From positions 2,107-66,106 of the forward strand of contig JAZUKV010000034.1 of assembly GCA_045643465.1 (NCBI GenBank): a stretch of DNA of 64,000 bases, in the 5' to 3' direction. The stretch's first letter is position 1, and the number at the start of each line of letters is the position of its first letter. The translations under genes and the position numbers were made by a program. This stretch comes from Clostridia bacterium. Its GTDB lineage: Bacteria; Bacillota; Clostridia; TANB77; CAG-508. Positions 30,558 to 41,019 of this stretch are shown piece by piece. The notes under the pieces were generated by a model that saw only the letters and a program-made list of their open reading frames with translations, was not told where the DNA came from and did no database searches.

Positions 30558-33173
30558 TTATGATAATTTTTCTTTTATTCTTACTAAAGTATTTAATGCA
30601 TCAATTGGTGTTAATTGATTAAAGTCAATTCTATCTATTTCATGAGCAACTTCTGCAATTTTCAAATTATATATTTTAACTGAATCTGCAGCCTCTAATT
30701 GCTTTGTACCTTTTTCGATTATTTTATTATTTAACACATTTTTTCTTTCTAGTGACTGTAAAATTTCATTTGCCTTTTTAGTTACAATTTGTGGAACACC
30801 TGCTAATCTTGCAACATGAACACCATAACTTTCATCAGTTCCACCATTAATTATTTTTCTAAGGAAAATAATGTCTTCACCTTTTTCTTTTACTGCTATT
30901 GAATAATTTTTAACTCCATCTATTTTATTTTCAAGCTCTGTTAATTCATGATAATGTGTTGCAAATAATGTTTTAGCTCCACATTTTTCTGTATCAGCAA
31001 TATATTCTGCAACAGCCCATGCAATTGATAGTCCATCATATGTAGATGTTCCCCTTCCAATTTCATCTAATATAACTAAACTATTAGCAGTTGCTTCTTT
31101 TAATATTGTAGCAACTTCCATCATTTCAACCATAAAAGTACTTTGGCCCATACTTAAATCATCTGAAGCACCAACTCTTGTAAAGATTTTATCAACAATT
31201 CCTATTTTAGCATATGAAGCAGGAACAAAACTTCCTATTTGAGCCATTAATGTAATCAATGCTACTTGCCTCATATATGTAGACTTACCAGCCATGTTTG
31301 GACCTGTAATTATTGCTAATCTATTACTTGACTTATCTAAATATGTATCATTAGGAACAAAATTGCTTGTTGATATCATCTTTTCTATAACAGGATGTCT
31401 TCCTTCTTTTATATCTATAATATCTTCTGAATCTACAATTGGTTTTACATAACCCATATCTTCTGCTACAATAGCAAAAGAAACTATAACATCTAATATT
31501 GAAACTAAATTAGCAGTTTTTTGAATTCTTTGGATTTGTTTTTCTATCTGAGCTCTAACTTCACAAAAAGCATTATATTCAAGTATAACAACTCTTTCTT
31601 CTGCTCCTAGAATTTTGTTTTCAAGCTCTTTAAGCTCTTCTGTTATATATCTTTCCCCATTTGCTAATGTCTGTTTACGTATATACCTATCTGGAACCAT
31701 AGATAAATTAGATTTAGTAACTTCAAGATAATATCCAAAAACTTTATTAAAACCTATTTTAAGATTTTTAATTCCTGTTTCTTCCTTTTCTTTTACTTCT
31801 AAATCAACTAACCACTTCTTGCCTTCAGTAGTAGCAATTTTTAATTCATCAATTTCTGGATTAAATCCTATTTTTATTAAATCTCCATCTTTTACTCCTA
31901 TTGGAGGTTCCTCTACAATTGATTTATCTATAATCTCATATATATCATCTAAAGTATCCATTTCTTCATATATATTTTTTAGAAGTCCTGCTCCAGTTCC
32001 TGCTAATACGTGCTTAATGCTTGGTAATTGCTTTATTGAATTTTTTAAAGAAATTAAATCTCTACCATTTGCATTACCATATGCAATTTTTCCTGCTAAT
32101 CGTTCAATATCATAAACTTTTTTTAATGATTCAATTACATCTCCACGTAAAATTATAGAATCTTTTAGCTCTTCAACTGCATTTAATCTATCATTGATTT
32201 CCTTTTTATCCACAAGTGGATCATTAATCCATCTTCTTAGCATTCTTCCACCCATTGATGTTGAAGTTTTATCAAGAACCCATAAAAGAGTACCCTTTTT
32301 AGATTTATCTCTCATTTTTTCGGTTAGCTCTAGATTTCTTCTTGCATTAATATCTAAAGCCATATATCTTGTAGTATTATATATTTTAATTGTATTTATA
32401 TGATCTAATCCAGTTTTTTGAGTATCTTCTAAGTATTTTAATAAAGCATTTATTGCATATATTGCTAGCTTTTTATCTGCTAAATCATTAATTTTGCAAT
32501 TTGTATCATCTATTATATTGTACATTCCTGATAATAACTCATATTCTCCATCAAAAGAATCTTCTGGCTCTTGTGATATATATGTTTTAAATCTATCTTT
32601 GATTTTATCAATCTCAATTGTACTATTATACATCATTTCGCTAACAATAATTTCTGCTGGAGAATATCTTGAAATTTCATCTAATAATCTTGCAAAATTA
32701 TTTTGTTCAACAATTTGTGTCGCGAAAAATTCTCCTGTTGATATATCACAAACACTAATTCCAAAATATAATCCGCTTTTATATATTGCCATAATATAAT
32801 TATTTTTCTTCTCTTCAAGAAGATTAGATTCAATTACAGTTCCAGGAGTTACAACTCTTATTACTTCCCTTTTTACAATTCCCTTTGCTTGCTTTGGATC
32901 TTCTACTTGTTCACATATAGCAACTTTGTATCCTTTTTCTATTAATTTTGCAATGTATCCATCTGCTGCATGGAAAGGAATGCCTGACATTGGAGCTCTT
33001 TTATCTTGTCCACAATCTTTTCCTGTTAATGTTAATTCTAATTCCCTAGAAACTATTTCTGCATCTTCAAAAAACATTTCATAAAAATCGCCTAATCTAT
33101 AAAATAAAACACAATCACTATACTGTTTTTTTGTATCTAAATAATGTTGCATCATTGGTGAAAATTCTGCCAT
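30558..33173 (-). CDS. mutS: DNA mismatch repair protein MutS
   Basis: GDFYEMF, TGPNMAGKST, DEIGRGT, ATHYHE; start at MAEFSPMM. Confidence 0.97.
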   Translation of the reverse strand: MAEFSPMMQHYLDTKKQYSDCVLFYRLGDFYEMFFEDAEIVSRELELTLTGKDCGQDKRAPMSGIPFHAADGYIAKLIEKGYKVAICEQVEDPKQAKGIVKREVIRVVTPGTVIESNLLEEKKNNYIMAIYKSGLYFGISVCDISTGEFFATQIVEQNNFARLLDEISRYSPAEIIVSEMMYNSTIEIDKIKDRFKTYISQEPEDSFDGEYELLSGMYNIIDDTNCKINDLADKKLAIYAINALLKYLEDTQKTGLDHINTIKIYNTTRYMALDINARRNLELTEKMRDKSKKGTLLWVLDKTSTSMGGRMLRRWINDPLVDKKEINDRLNAVEELKDSIILRGDVIESLKKVYDIERLAGKIAYGNANGRDLISLKNSIKQLPSIKHVLAGTGAGLLKNIYEEMDTLDDIYEIIDKSIVEEPPIGVKDGDLIKIGFNPEIDELKIATTEGKKWLVDLEVKEKEETGIKNLKIGFNKVFGYYLEVTKSNLSMVPDRYIRKQTLANGERYITEELKELENKILGAEERVVILEYNAFCEVRAQIEKQIQRIQKTANLVSILDVIVSFAIVAEDMGYVKPIVDSEDIIDIKEGRHPVIEKMISTSNFVPNDTYLDKSSNRLAIITGPNMAGKSTYMRQVALITLMAQIGSFVPASYAKIGIVDKIFTRVGASDDLSMGQSTFMVEMMEVATILKEATANSLVILDEIGRGTSTYDGLSIAWAVAEYIADTEKCGAKTLFATHYHELTELENKIDGVKNYSIAVKEKGEDIIFLRKIINGGTDESYGVHVARLAGVPQIVTKKANEILQSLERKNVLNNKIIEKGTKQLEAADSVKIYNLKIAEVAHEIDRIDFNQLTPIDALNTLVRIKEKLS

Positions 33174-33193
33174 ACTTATTCGTCCTTCTTTCT

Positions 33194-34573
33194 TTATTCT
33201 TCTATCTTCCCTTTTAAATACCACATATGCTCTGAAACTATTTTAATCTTTACAACTTTGCCAATTAAATCTTCTGAGCCTTCAAAATTTATAACTTTAT
33301 TTGAATCAGTTCTTGCAGTTAGTAATTTTTCATTAGTCTTGCTTTTACCTTCCACCAAAACTTCTTGAACTGTATTTATATATTTTTTATTATTTTCTTC
33401 TATTTGGCTTTCAACAAGATTTTTTAATTTTTCAAATCTTTCATGCTTAATCTCTTCTTCTACCTGATTTTCCATTTTATCTGCTGGAGTTCCAACCCTT
33501 CTTGAATATATAAACATGAATACTTGATCATAATTTACCTTATTTACTACATCTAAAGTATCCTCAAAATCTTCTTCTGTTTCACCTGGGAATCCTACTA
33601 TTATATCTGTTGACAATGATAAATTAGGAATTGTATTTTTCATTTTATCTACTAATGCCAAATATTGCTCTTTACTATATTTTCTGTTCATTTTCTTTAG
33701 TATTTCTGTACTTCCTGATTGCAATGGTAAGTGAATCATTTTTGATACTTTTTCACAACTTTTAATTGCTTCTATAACATCATCTGAAAAATCCTTTGGG
33801 TGTGGAGAAATAAATTTTATTTTTTCTATTCCTTTTATTTTATTAATTGATCTTAATAATTGTGCAAAATTGTTAATACCTAAGTTGCCATTACCTTTAT
33901 ATGAATTAACATTCTGACCCAATAAAGTAACTTCTTTATATCCATTTCTTGCTAAATCTTCAATCTCATTTATAATATCCTCTGGATTTCTGCTACGCTC
34001 TCTTCCTCTCACATATGGAACTATACAATAACTGCAAAAATTATTGCATCCATTCATTATAGTAACAGAAGCTTTTGTTGTATCATTTCTTTTAATTGGC
34101 AATCCTTCAATAACTTCTCCATCAATATCTAAAATATCAATTATTGATTTGCTATTGCATATTATATTGTATAAATCTTCTGGTAATTTATGAAGTGTAT
34201 GTGTTCCAAATATTATATCTACAAAAGGATAGCTTTTTTTGATTTTTTCAACTATATGTTTTTCTTGCATCATACAACCACATATTGCAATTATTGTCCC
34301 TTTTTGCTCTTTGTATTTTTTAACTTCTCCTAATTTTCCGAATAATTTATCTTCTGCATTTTCTCTAACACAGCAAGTATTAAAAATTATACAATCAGCA
34401 TCACTTATTTCTTCAGTTAATGAATAATTCATTTCTTCCATCATTCCAGAAATTTTTTCAGAATCATTTTCATTAAGCTGACAACCCATTGTAAAAATAG
34501 AATATTTATAATTTTTTGCTTCATTTAATTCTTTTACTTTTTTCATAAATTCTTTTTGATTTTCTATATCCAC
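33194..34573 (-). CDS. miaB: tRNA-2-methylthio-N6-dimethylallyladenosine synthase
   Basis: GCQLN, NTCCVRE, CNNFCSYC, TRAM domain. Confidence 0.95.
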   Translation of the reverse strand: MDIENQKEFMKKVKELNEAKNYKYSIFTMGCQLNENDSEKISGMMEEMNYSLTEEISDADCIIFNTCCVRENAEDKLFGKLGEVKKYKEQKGTIIAICGCMMQEKHIVEKIKKSYPFVDIIFGTHTLHKLPEDLYNIICNSKSIIDILDIDGEVIEGLPIKRNDTTKASVTIMNGCNNFCSYCIVPYVRGRERSRNPEDIINEIEDLARNGYKEVTLLGQNVNSYKGNGNLGINNFAQLLRSINKIKGIEKIKFISPHPKDFSDDVIEAIKSCEKVSKMIHLPLQSGSTEILKKMNRKYSKEQYLALVDKMKNTIPNLSLSTDIIVGFPGETEEDFEDTLDVVNKVNYDQVFMFIYSRRVGTPADKMENQVEEEIKHERFEKLKNLVESQIEENNKKYINTVQEVLVEGKSKTNEKLLTARTDSNKVINFEGSEDLIGKVVKIKIVSEHMWYLKGKIEE

Positions 34574-34715
34574 TTTTAATAAATTCTCCTTTAAATTAAT
34601 AACGCCATTTTACTACATATTTTGCTTTTTTTCAACAGTTTTTACTTGTTTAAAATTGAATATTCACTTCTATTTTACACACAAAAAAAACGAAATAGTT
34701 TTTTCTATTTCGCTT

Positions 34716-34916
34716 TTATTTGATACCATATTTGTTTTTGAATTTTTCAATTCTACCACCAGTTTTTTCGATTTTAATGTTGTTTGTATAATATGGATGA
34801 CATTTTGAACATGAATCAACTTTCATATCTTTTTTAGTTGAATTTGTTGTCATTACATTTCCACAAGCACAAGTGATAGTTGCTTCTTGATAATTTGGAT
34901 GTATTCCGTCTTTCAT
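34716..34916 (-). CDS. rpmE: 50S ribosomal protein L31 (Zn-binding type)
   Basis: MKDGIHPNY..CACG..CSKCHPYY. Confidence 0.96.
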   Translation of the reverse strand: MKDGIHPNYQEATITCACGNVMTTNSTKKDMKVDSCSKCHPYYTNNIKIEKTGGRIEKFKNKYGIK

Positions 34917-35001
34917 TATGTATTCACCTCTCCTTTAATTAATTAAATAAAACTGTATAATATATTAACACATATTTTTTAATTTTTCAATAGTTTTGTA
35001 A

Positions 35002-35151
35002 TTATTTTTCTTGTAAACTTTGTACATATGTAGCTGATGACTCTAATTCATTTTTTAAAGATGCTTTTTTTACTAACTTTGAAACTACATTAAATAAGCA
35101 TAGTACAATAAGTATAAATAATAATAATTTTCTCCATATTTTTGCTAACAT
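35002..35151 (-). CDS. Small membrane protein, 49 aa (not in ORF track)
   Basis: RBS AAGGAGAG; MLAKIWRKLLLFILIVLCLFNVVSKLVKKASLKNELESSATYVQSLQEK. Confidence 0.7.
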   Translation of the reverse strand: MLAKIWRKLLLFILIVLCLFNVVSKLVKKASLKNELESSATYVQSLQEK

Positions 35152-35270
35152 AATATCTCTCCTTTACATTAGACATACATACATTATACTATAATTATAC
35201 ATTTTGTCAACCCAATATGCTTTAAAATCAATATTATCGTATAATAGTTTTAATAAAATATAATTTAGTA

Positions 35271-35299
35271 TTGCTTTTTGAAAAAAATTATGCTACTAT
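35271..35299 (+). promoter_or_regulatory. Sigma-A promoter of tRNA-Trp
   Basis: TTGCTT-17 nt-TACTAT with extended TG. Confidence 0.6.
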
Positions 35300-35312
35300 A
35301 TTATTTGTTGAT

Positions 35313-35388
35313 AGGGGTATGGTGTCAATGGTTAGCATGATGGTCTCCAAAACCACAGGTCTGAGTTCGAGTCTTAGTACCCCTGCCA
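35313..35388 (+). tRNA. tRNA-Trp (CCA)
   Basis: Cloverleaf AGGGGTA/TACCCCT, anticodon loop CTCCAAA, TTCGA loop, encoded CCA end. Confidence 0.97.
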
Positions 35389-35442
35389 ATTTTTTTTTGC
35401 ACAAATTCTAGAATTAGTTATATTTTATAAGGAGTATATATT

Positions 35443-35919
35443 ATGCGAAAAATTACACAAAAATTTATTGATTTTATTCTTAAAATATCTCAAAAAATAT
35501 TTCCAAAAAAATTATTTGAAATTGAAAAAAAATTTTTAACAATTGAAATCGTTTTATATATTTTTTTCGGAGTACTAACAACAATCGTTAATATCGGAGT
35601 TTTTTCTTTATTAACAATTTGCTTTAATCTAGAAGAAAACTTATCTAATGTTATAGCAATAATTATATCTGTATTATTTGCTTACTTTAGTAACAAAGAT
35701 TTAGTATTTAATTCAAAAGCTACTTCTCTAAAAGAAAAATTTTATGAATTTCTAAAATTTATGCTTGGTAGAGCTTTTACTATGGTAGTTGAATTAGTTG
35801 GATTTTATGTATTATTTAATTTGTTAGGAATTCCAAGATTAATTAGTAAAACATCAATTACTATTATTGTTATAATACTAAATTTTTTCATAAGTAAATT
35901 TTTCGCTTTTAAAAAATAA
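35443..35919 (+). CDS. GtrA family membrane protein
   Basis: YIFFGVLTTIVN..FAYFSNK.LVF..LNFFISKFF. Confidence 0.9.
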   Translation: MRKITQKFIDFILKISQKIFPKKLFEIEKKFLTIEIVLYIFFGVLTTIVNIGVFSLLTICFNLEENLSNVIAIIISVLFAYFSNKDLVFNSKATSLKEKFYEFLKFMLGRAFTMVVELVGFYVLFNLLGIPRLISKTSITIIVIILNFFISKFFAFKK

Positions 35920-35971
35920 TTTAAGCTAAAAGAAATATTTTCTTTTAGCTTTTTTTATAAGGAGGTCTTTA

Positions 35972-36553
35972 ATTATATATAAATTTAATCGTTTTTATCT
36001 TTTTATATTATTTTTTTCTATTTTTATAATAATATTCTTTTCATCTACTTTTATTCAGTATTCAAATACTTCTTCAAATCAAACAATTTTTTCTCAGGAT
36101 ATTCCAGATAATAAGTTTTTATGGCCTTTAGTTAATTATAAAAATATCAGCTCCTACTTTGGAAAAAGAGCATCACCAACTGCATATGCATCTTCATATC
36201 ATAAAGGAATTGATATCCCTGCACCAGCTGGAACAAATATTTATGCTGCAATGTCTGGAACAGTCATATCTGCAAAATTTAGTGGAAGTGGTGGTTGCAC
36301 TGTTACAATTCAAAGTGGAAATATTTTTACGTCTTATTGTCATGTTTCTCCTAATTTTTTGGTTGCACCAGGTATATATGTTGAAAAAGGACAACTAATT
36401 GCTCAAGTAGGTCCTAAAAATATCTATGGTTTCCCTGAAAATATTTATAAAGATTCTAGTGGTAATCCTACAAATGGAGCCACAACAGGATCACATCTTC
36501 ATTTTGCTGTACGAAATGGTACTGAATATGTTAATCCTCTATTATTTTTTTAG
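35972..36553 (+). CDS. M23 family metallopeptidase (probable ATT start)
   Basis: Open frame from ATT 6 nt after GGAGG; TM, WP..ISSYFG.R, HKGIDI, HLHF. Confidence 0.82.
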   Translation: MIYKFNRFYLFILFFSIFIIIFFSSTFIQYSNTSSNQTIFSQDIPDNKFLWPLVNYKNISSYFGKRASPTAYASSYHKGIDIPAPAGTNIYAAMSGTVISAKFSGSGGCTVTIQSGNIFTSYCHVSPNFLVAPGIYVEKGQLIAQVGPKNIYGFPENIYKDSSGNPTNGATTGSHLHFAVRNGTEYVNPLLFF

Positions 36554-36598
36554 CTATTATAAAAAATAAAACAGTAAGATTGCTCTTACTGCTTCATA

Positions 36599-37072
36599 TT
36601 AATCTTCTTCCGCATCATCTTCTGAACTTTCGCATCCTCCGCAAGAATGACAATTTCCAGAACATCCAGAAAATTCTTCATCATAATCACTATTTAAGTC
36701 TAGCTCTATTATATTATGACATTCTGGGCACTCTATTTCATTTTCATCATACTCATTTAAATCTGCAAAAAATTCATTATTACAATATGGACAAACAATT
36801 TCTGATTCATTGTCTTCCTCATCATATATATCTTTCTCAATTGTATTTATAGTATTTTCTACTTTTGCCAACTTTTTTTCAATATTTTTTTGGCCATTTT
36901 CTATATCAATAATTTTTTCATTAACTACTTCGCTCATTCTATCAATTATGTCTATAAAAATTATTGACATCTCTGACAATTTGGTTTTTACAAAATTTAA
37001 TTGCTCTTCATCTGTAATTTTTTCATCGATTTCACTCATTATCTCATGATATTTATTACTTAACTCAGACAT
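36599..37072 (-). CDS. CD1247-like coiled-coil/zinc-ribbon protein
   Basis: Acidic coiled coil, CPYC..CPEC, Cys-rich tail; usual neighbour of efp. Confidence 0.75.
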   Translation of the reverse strand: MSELSNKYHEIMSEIDEKITDEEQLNFVKTKLSEMSIIFIDIIDRMSEVVNEKIIDIENGQKNIEKKLAKVENTINTIEKDIYDEEDNESEIVCPYCNNEFFADLNEYDENEIECPECHNIIELDLNSDYDEEFSGCSGNCHSCGGCESSEDDAEED

Positions 37073-37089
37073 TTTAAATTCCTTTCAAA

Positions 37090-37656
37090 CTAAACTCTTT
37101 CCATGTATTCGCCAGTTCTTGTATCTATTTTAATAATATCTCCGATATTAACAAATAATGGAACAGATATTTCATATCCGTTTTCTAATGTTGCAGGTTT
37201 TCCAGATGTTGTTGTTGTATTTCCAGAAAATCCTGGCTCTGTATATGTTACCTCTAATTCAACAAACATAGGTGGTTCAACTGAGAATACATTTCCTTTA
37301 TATGATAAAATTTTAACATTCATATTTTCTTTCATATATTTTAATGCATCACCTATTTGATCTTTATTTAAAGGCATTTGCTCGTATGTTTCATTATCCA
37401 TGAAATAATATAATTCCTCATCATTATATAAATATTGCATTTCTCTTTTTTCTATTTCTGCTCCTGGATATTTTTCTGATGGGTTAAATGTTTTTTCAAG
37501 AACTGCTCCTGATATTACATTCTTTAATTTTGTTCTTACAAAAGCTGATCCCTTTCCTGGTTTTACATGTTGAAATTCAACTACTTTGAATACGTTTCCA
37601 TCCATTTCGAATGTTGTTCCGTTTCTAAAATCTCCTGCCATATATACTTCTGCCAT
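37090..37656 (-). CDS. efp: Elongation factor P
   Basis: [24 protein letters not shown]. Confidence 0.97.
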   Translation of the reverse strand: MAEVYMAGDFRNGTTFEMDGNVFKVVEFQHVKPGKGSAFVRTKLKNVISGAVLEKTFNPSEKYPGAEIEKREMQYLYNDEELYYFMDNETYEQMPLNKDQIGDALKYMKENMNVKILSYKGNVFSVEPPMFVELEVTYTEPGFSGNTTTTSGKPATLENGYEISVPLFVNIGDIIKIDTRTGEYMERV

Positions 37657-37740
37657 TATAAATTCCTCCTTGAATATTTTTTTCTTATTACATATATTTA
37701 TATATAATACAACATTTTCTTGAAAAAATCAATACTTGTG

Positions 37741-38802
37741 CTATATTACCACATAATTTTTATCTGATTTTGTTAAAGAATCTGAAGAATATTTTGAAAT
37801 TAATATTGTATCTTCTATTCTTATACCAAATTTATTTGGTATATATATACCTGGTTCGTTTGTTATAATCATATTTTCTTTAAGTAAAAAGTCTACTCTA
37901 TTTCCAAAATATGGATATTCATGTATTTCTAATCCTACACCATGCCCTAAACTATGCATTGGCTCAAAACCATTTAATTTAATGTTACTTTCAAAATTTT
38001 TAGAAATTGCTTTTAAATTAGCTCCTTCTTTTAAGGATTCTGATACTTGAATTTGATTTTTTAATACTAAATCATATACTGGCTTAACATATTGAGGAAC
38101 AAATCCTACAAAAATTGTTCTAGTCATATCTGAACAATATCCATTAACTTTACACCCCATATCTATTGTAATTGGGTCTCCTGCCTCTATTATTTTATCT
38201 GTTGGAACAGCATGTGGCATTGATGAATTCTTTCCAGAAGCAACAATTGTATCAAATGCCAACTCATCTGCACCATTTTTTATAAAAAAACGCTCTATTT
38301 CTGCTGCTACTTCTTTTTCTGTCATTCCTATTTTTATAAAACTTTTTAAATAATCAAAACAATCATCTGTTATTTTGCATGCCTTTTTTATATTTTCAAT
38401 TTCGTAAGGCTCTTTAATCATTCTTTGTTTTTCAATTATTCCTTCAGTTTCTTCAAAATTATTTATTCTGAATTTATGCATATATTCTTTATATTTTAAA
38501 TATGTTAAATGTGATTCTTCAAATCCAACATTTTCACAAAATAAAAAGAAATTTTCATAATCATCTAAAGTTAAGTCTTTTATATCTACGACAACAATTC
38601 CATCTTCTATTGTTAAAATTGCATTAACATGTTCAATATATCTACTATCCGTTATAAAAACATTCTCTTTTCTTGTAATTAAAAGAGTTCCTTCTGCCTC
38701 AATATTTGTTAAATAATAAATATTAACTGGATTAGTTATAATCATACCTTGCAAATTCAATCCCAACATTTTGTTTCGTAGCCATTTAATTTTTTCGTTC
38801 AT
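37741..38802 (-). CDS. Xaa-Pro aminopeptidase (M24)
   Basis: PHA, DMG..SDMTRT, HSLGHGVGLEIHE, EPGIY, RIED. Confidence 0.93.
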   Translation of the reverse strand: MNEKIKWLRNKMLGLNLQGMIITNPVNIYYLTNIEAEGTLLITRKENVFITDSRYIEHVNAILTIEDGIVVVDIKDLTLDDYENFFLFCENVGFEESHLTYLKYKEYMHKFRINNFEETEGIIEKQRMIKEPYEIENIKKACKITDDCFDYLKSFIKIGMTEKEVAAEIERFFIKNGADELAFDTIVASGKNSSMPHAVPTDKIIEAGDPITIDMGCKVNGYCSDMTRTIFVGFVPQYVKPVYDLVLKNQIQVSESLKEGANLKAISKNFESNIKLNGFEPMHSLGHGVGLEIHEYPYFGNRVDFLLKENMIITNEPGIYIPNKFGIRIEDTILISKYSSDSLTKSDKNYVVI

Positions 38803-38821
38803 AATACATCCCCTCAATTTT

Positions 38822-39568
38822 CTACATCTTATATTTTCCAAAAGAAAAAATTACAAATGGTAATACCATCAAAACTTCTAATGGTACAAAAATTACAATA
38901 AATGCTGCTATTACTATAAATGGACCAAATGCTATATATTCAATCAATTCTTTATGTTTTATTTTTTGTACTATTAATAAAACAACACTATATATCGCTG
39001 CTATTAAAAATGCTAATATCGCTATAGCTATTATACCTTGGAATCCAACATATAAACCTAATGCTGCCATCATTTTTACATCTCCAAATCCCATTGTTTC
39101 TTTACCAAAAATAAGTCCACCAAGATAAGTTATTGCTAAGAATATTATTCCTCCTGCTGCCATACCTTCAAATAAACTAATTGCAGCATTCAAATTTGAT
39201 ACCCCTTGTATAAAAGTAAATATTAGCCCAACTTCAAATATAGTTAATGTTAATCTATTTGGTATTATTTGTTTTTTATAATCAATACAAAAAGCAGATA
39301 TAAGCATAGGTGTTACTATTATATATTTATAGGTACTAATATCTTTTGCTCCAAACTTATAAACTATTCCTATATAAATAAATATATGTATAACCATTAA
39401 TAAATATTTCGGTGTTGTGCTTTTTAAATATTCTTTAAAATTTTCTTTAGAAAAAATTTTCTTATGCTTTGGCAAAAAATAATTTAATACATCTGAAAAC
39501 TGACCAGCTATTGCTCCTAATATTGCTGCCACAACATATACAATTATATTAACGTCATTTATATACAT
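38822..39568 (-). CDS. Prepilin peptidase (A24)
   Basis: ID...IIPN, MGFGDVKM, IAFGPF. Confidence 0.88.
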   Translation of the reverse strand: MYINDVNIIVYVVAAILGAIAGQFSDVLNYFLPKHKKIFSKENFKEYLKSTTPKYLLMVIHIFIYIGIVYKFGAKDISTYKYIIVTPMLISAFCIDYKKQIIPNRLTLTIFEVGLIFTFIQGVSNLNAAISLFEGMAAGGIIFLAITYLGGLIFGKETMGFGDVKMMAALGLYVGFQGIIAIAILAFLIAAIYSVVLLIVQKIKHKELIEYIAFGPFIVIAAFIVIFVPLEVLMVLPFVIFSFGKYKM

Positions 39569-39569
39569 T

Positions 39570-40097
39570 TTATACCTTCTCTTTCTTCATTTTCTTTAAA
39601 TATTTATTTATTATTATTTTTTCTATAGGCCTTTTTATTTTTGTAATTATAATATCTTTGTCGCTAATTGGTTCAACTAAAATTGAAAACATATTACACC
39701 TATTTGCTCCTATTACATCTGTCATAATCTGATCTCCAACTGCTGCTATATTTTTTTCATCTAGCTGCATAAGATTTTTAGCTTTTAAAAAACCTTTTTT
39801 GGATGGTTTTTTGGCAAAATGAAAATATGGAATATTTAAATCTTCAGATACTTTTTTTACTTTATCTATTTTGTTTGTATTTGAAACTATACAAAATTTT
39901 ATATTTTGTTTCTTAAGCTCCTCTACCCATTCTTTTACTTTAACATCCATATTTCTATTATAATCTATTAATGTATTATCTATATCTAATATCAAACCTT
40001 TTATTTCGTGTTTTTCTAGTAATTCCCTTGTTATTGTAGTTACTCCTTTACAATATAAATCAGGATATAAAATCATTATCTCACCTCGTTTATTCAT
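39570..40097 (-). CDS. yqeG: YqeG family HAD IIIA phosphatase
   Basis: DIDNTL, AKKP, VGDQIMTDV. Confidence 0.92.
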   Translation of the reverse strand: MNKRGEIMILYPDLYCKGVTTITRELLEKHEIKGLILDIDNTLIDYNRNMDVKVKEWVEELKKQNIKFCIVSNTNKIDKVKKVSEDLNIPYFHFAKKPSKKGFLKAKNLMQLDEKNIAAVGDQIMTDVIGANRCNMFSILVEPISDKDIIITKIKRPIEKIIINKYLKKMKKEKV

Positions 40098-40230
40098 GAA
40101 TTATATTACCAATATATTACTAATTTGTCAACTTAATTTGCGCAATCAAAAACAGCTTAATTTAGTAATTTTTTTAACAAAAATAAAAAAGTGTCATCAT
40201 AATTGATGCACTTTTTTTGTTTATATATAT

Positions 40231-40920
40231 TTATTTGCAAAATCTGTGTTTTCCTATTGTTCGTACATATGGTCTAGACCATATCCAACTATTGGTTGCA
40301 GTATTTGGATTAAAATAATATATTGATCCATATGAAGGATCCCATCCATTTAATGCATCTTGTGCTGCTTTTCTAGCAGTTGCATCAGGATTTAAATTAA
40401 TTTGCCCATCTGATACTGCTGTAAAAGCTCCTGATTGATATATAACTCCAGAAATTGAATTTGGAAATGAACTACTTTTTACTCTATTTAAAACAACTGC
40501 TGCAATAGCTACTTGACCTTCATATATTTCACCTCTTGCTTCACCATAAACTAAATGTGCAAGCAAATTTAGATCTGAAGAGCTTGCAGAACTTCCAGAT
40601 GAATTTGAAGAGCTCATTATTCCCATTGCATTTAATGTTTTTGTTCCTGCAATTCCATCTGCTACAAGTCCATTTTTTTGTTGAAATAACTTAACTGCAT
40701 TCAATGTTTTCGTTCCAAATATACCATCGATTGCACCATTATAATATCCCCAACGTTTTAATTTAGTTTGAATAGTTGATACTTCATTTCCTGATGATCC
40801 ATATTTTGATAAAGCAATACTACTATTTATTGAAAAAACTACATTTGCAACAAATAATAGTATTAATATAATTGCGATTATATAATATTTTTTTCGTTTA
40901 TTTTTCAAAATCGATTTCAT
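40231..40920 (-). CDS. sleB: Spore cortex-lytic enzyme
   Basis: PG-binding domain plus GEARGE..NRV..FP..IYQ hydrolase_2. Confidence 0.92.
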   Translation of the reverse strand: MKSILKNKRKKYYIIAIILILLFVANVVFSINSSIALSKYGSSGNEVSTIQTKLKRWGYYNGAIDGIFGTKTLNAVKLFQQKNGLVADGIAGTKTLNAMGIMSSSNSSGSSASSSDLNLLAHLVYGEARGEIYEGQVAIAAVVLNRVKSSSFPNSISGVIYQSGAFTAVSDGQINLNPDATARKAAQDALNGWDPSYGSIYYFNPNTATNSWIWSRPYVRTIGKHRFCK

Positions 40921-41019
40921 AAAAAATCACCCCATTTGTTTTTATAATTTCCAAATGGAGTAATTTTATTCAATTATTAAATTTATATATATTTTTTTCT
41001 AATTTTATTGCACTATTTT

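Noticed and set aside
35370-35442. tRNA-Trp as an integration site
   Set aside because: No integrase and no duplicated tRNA 3' end seen in the window.
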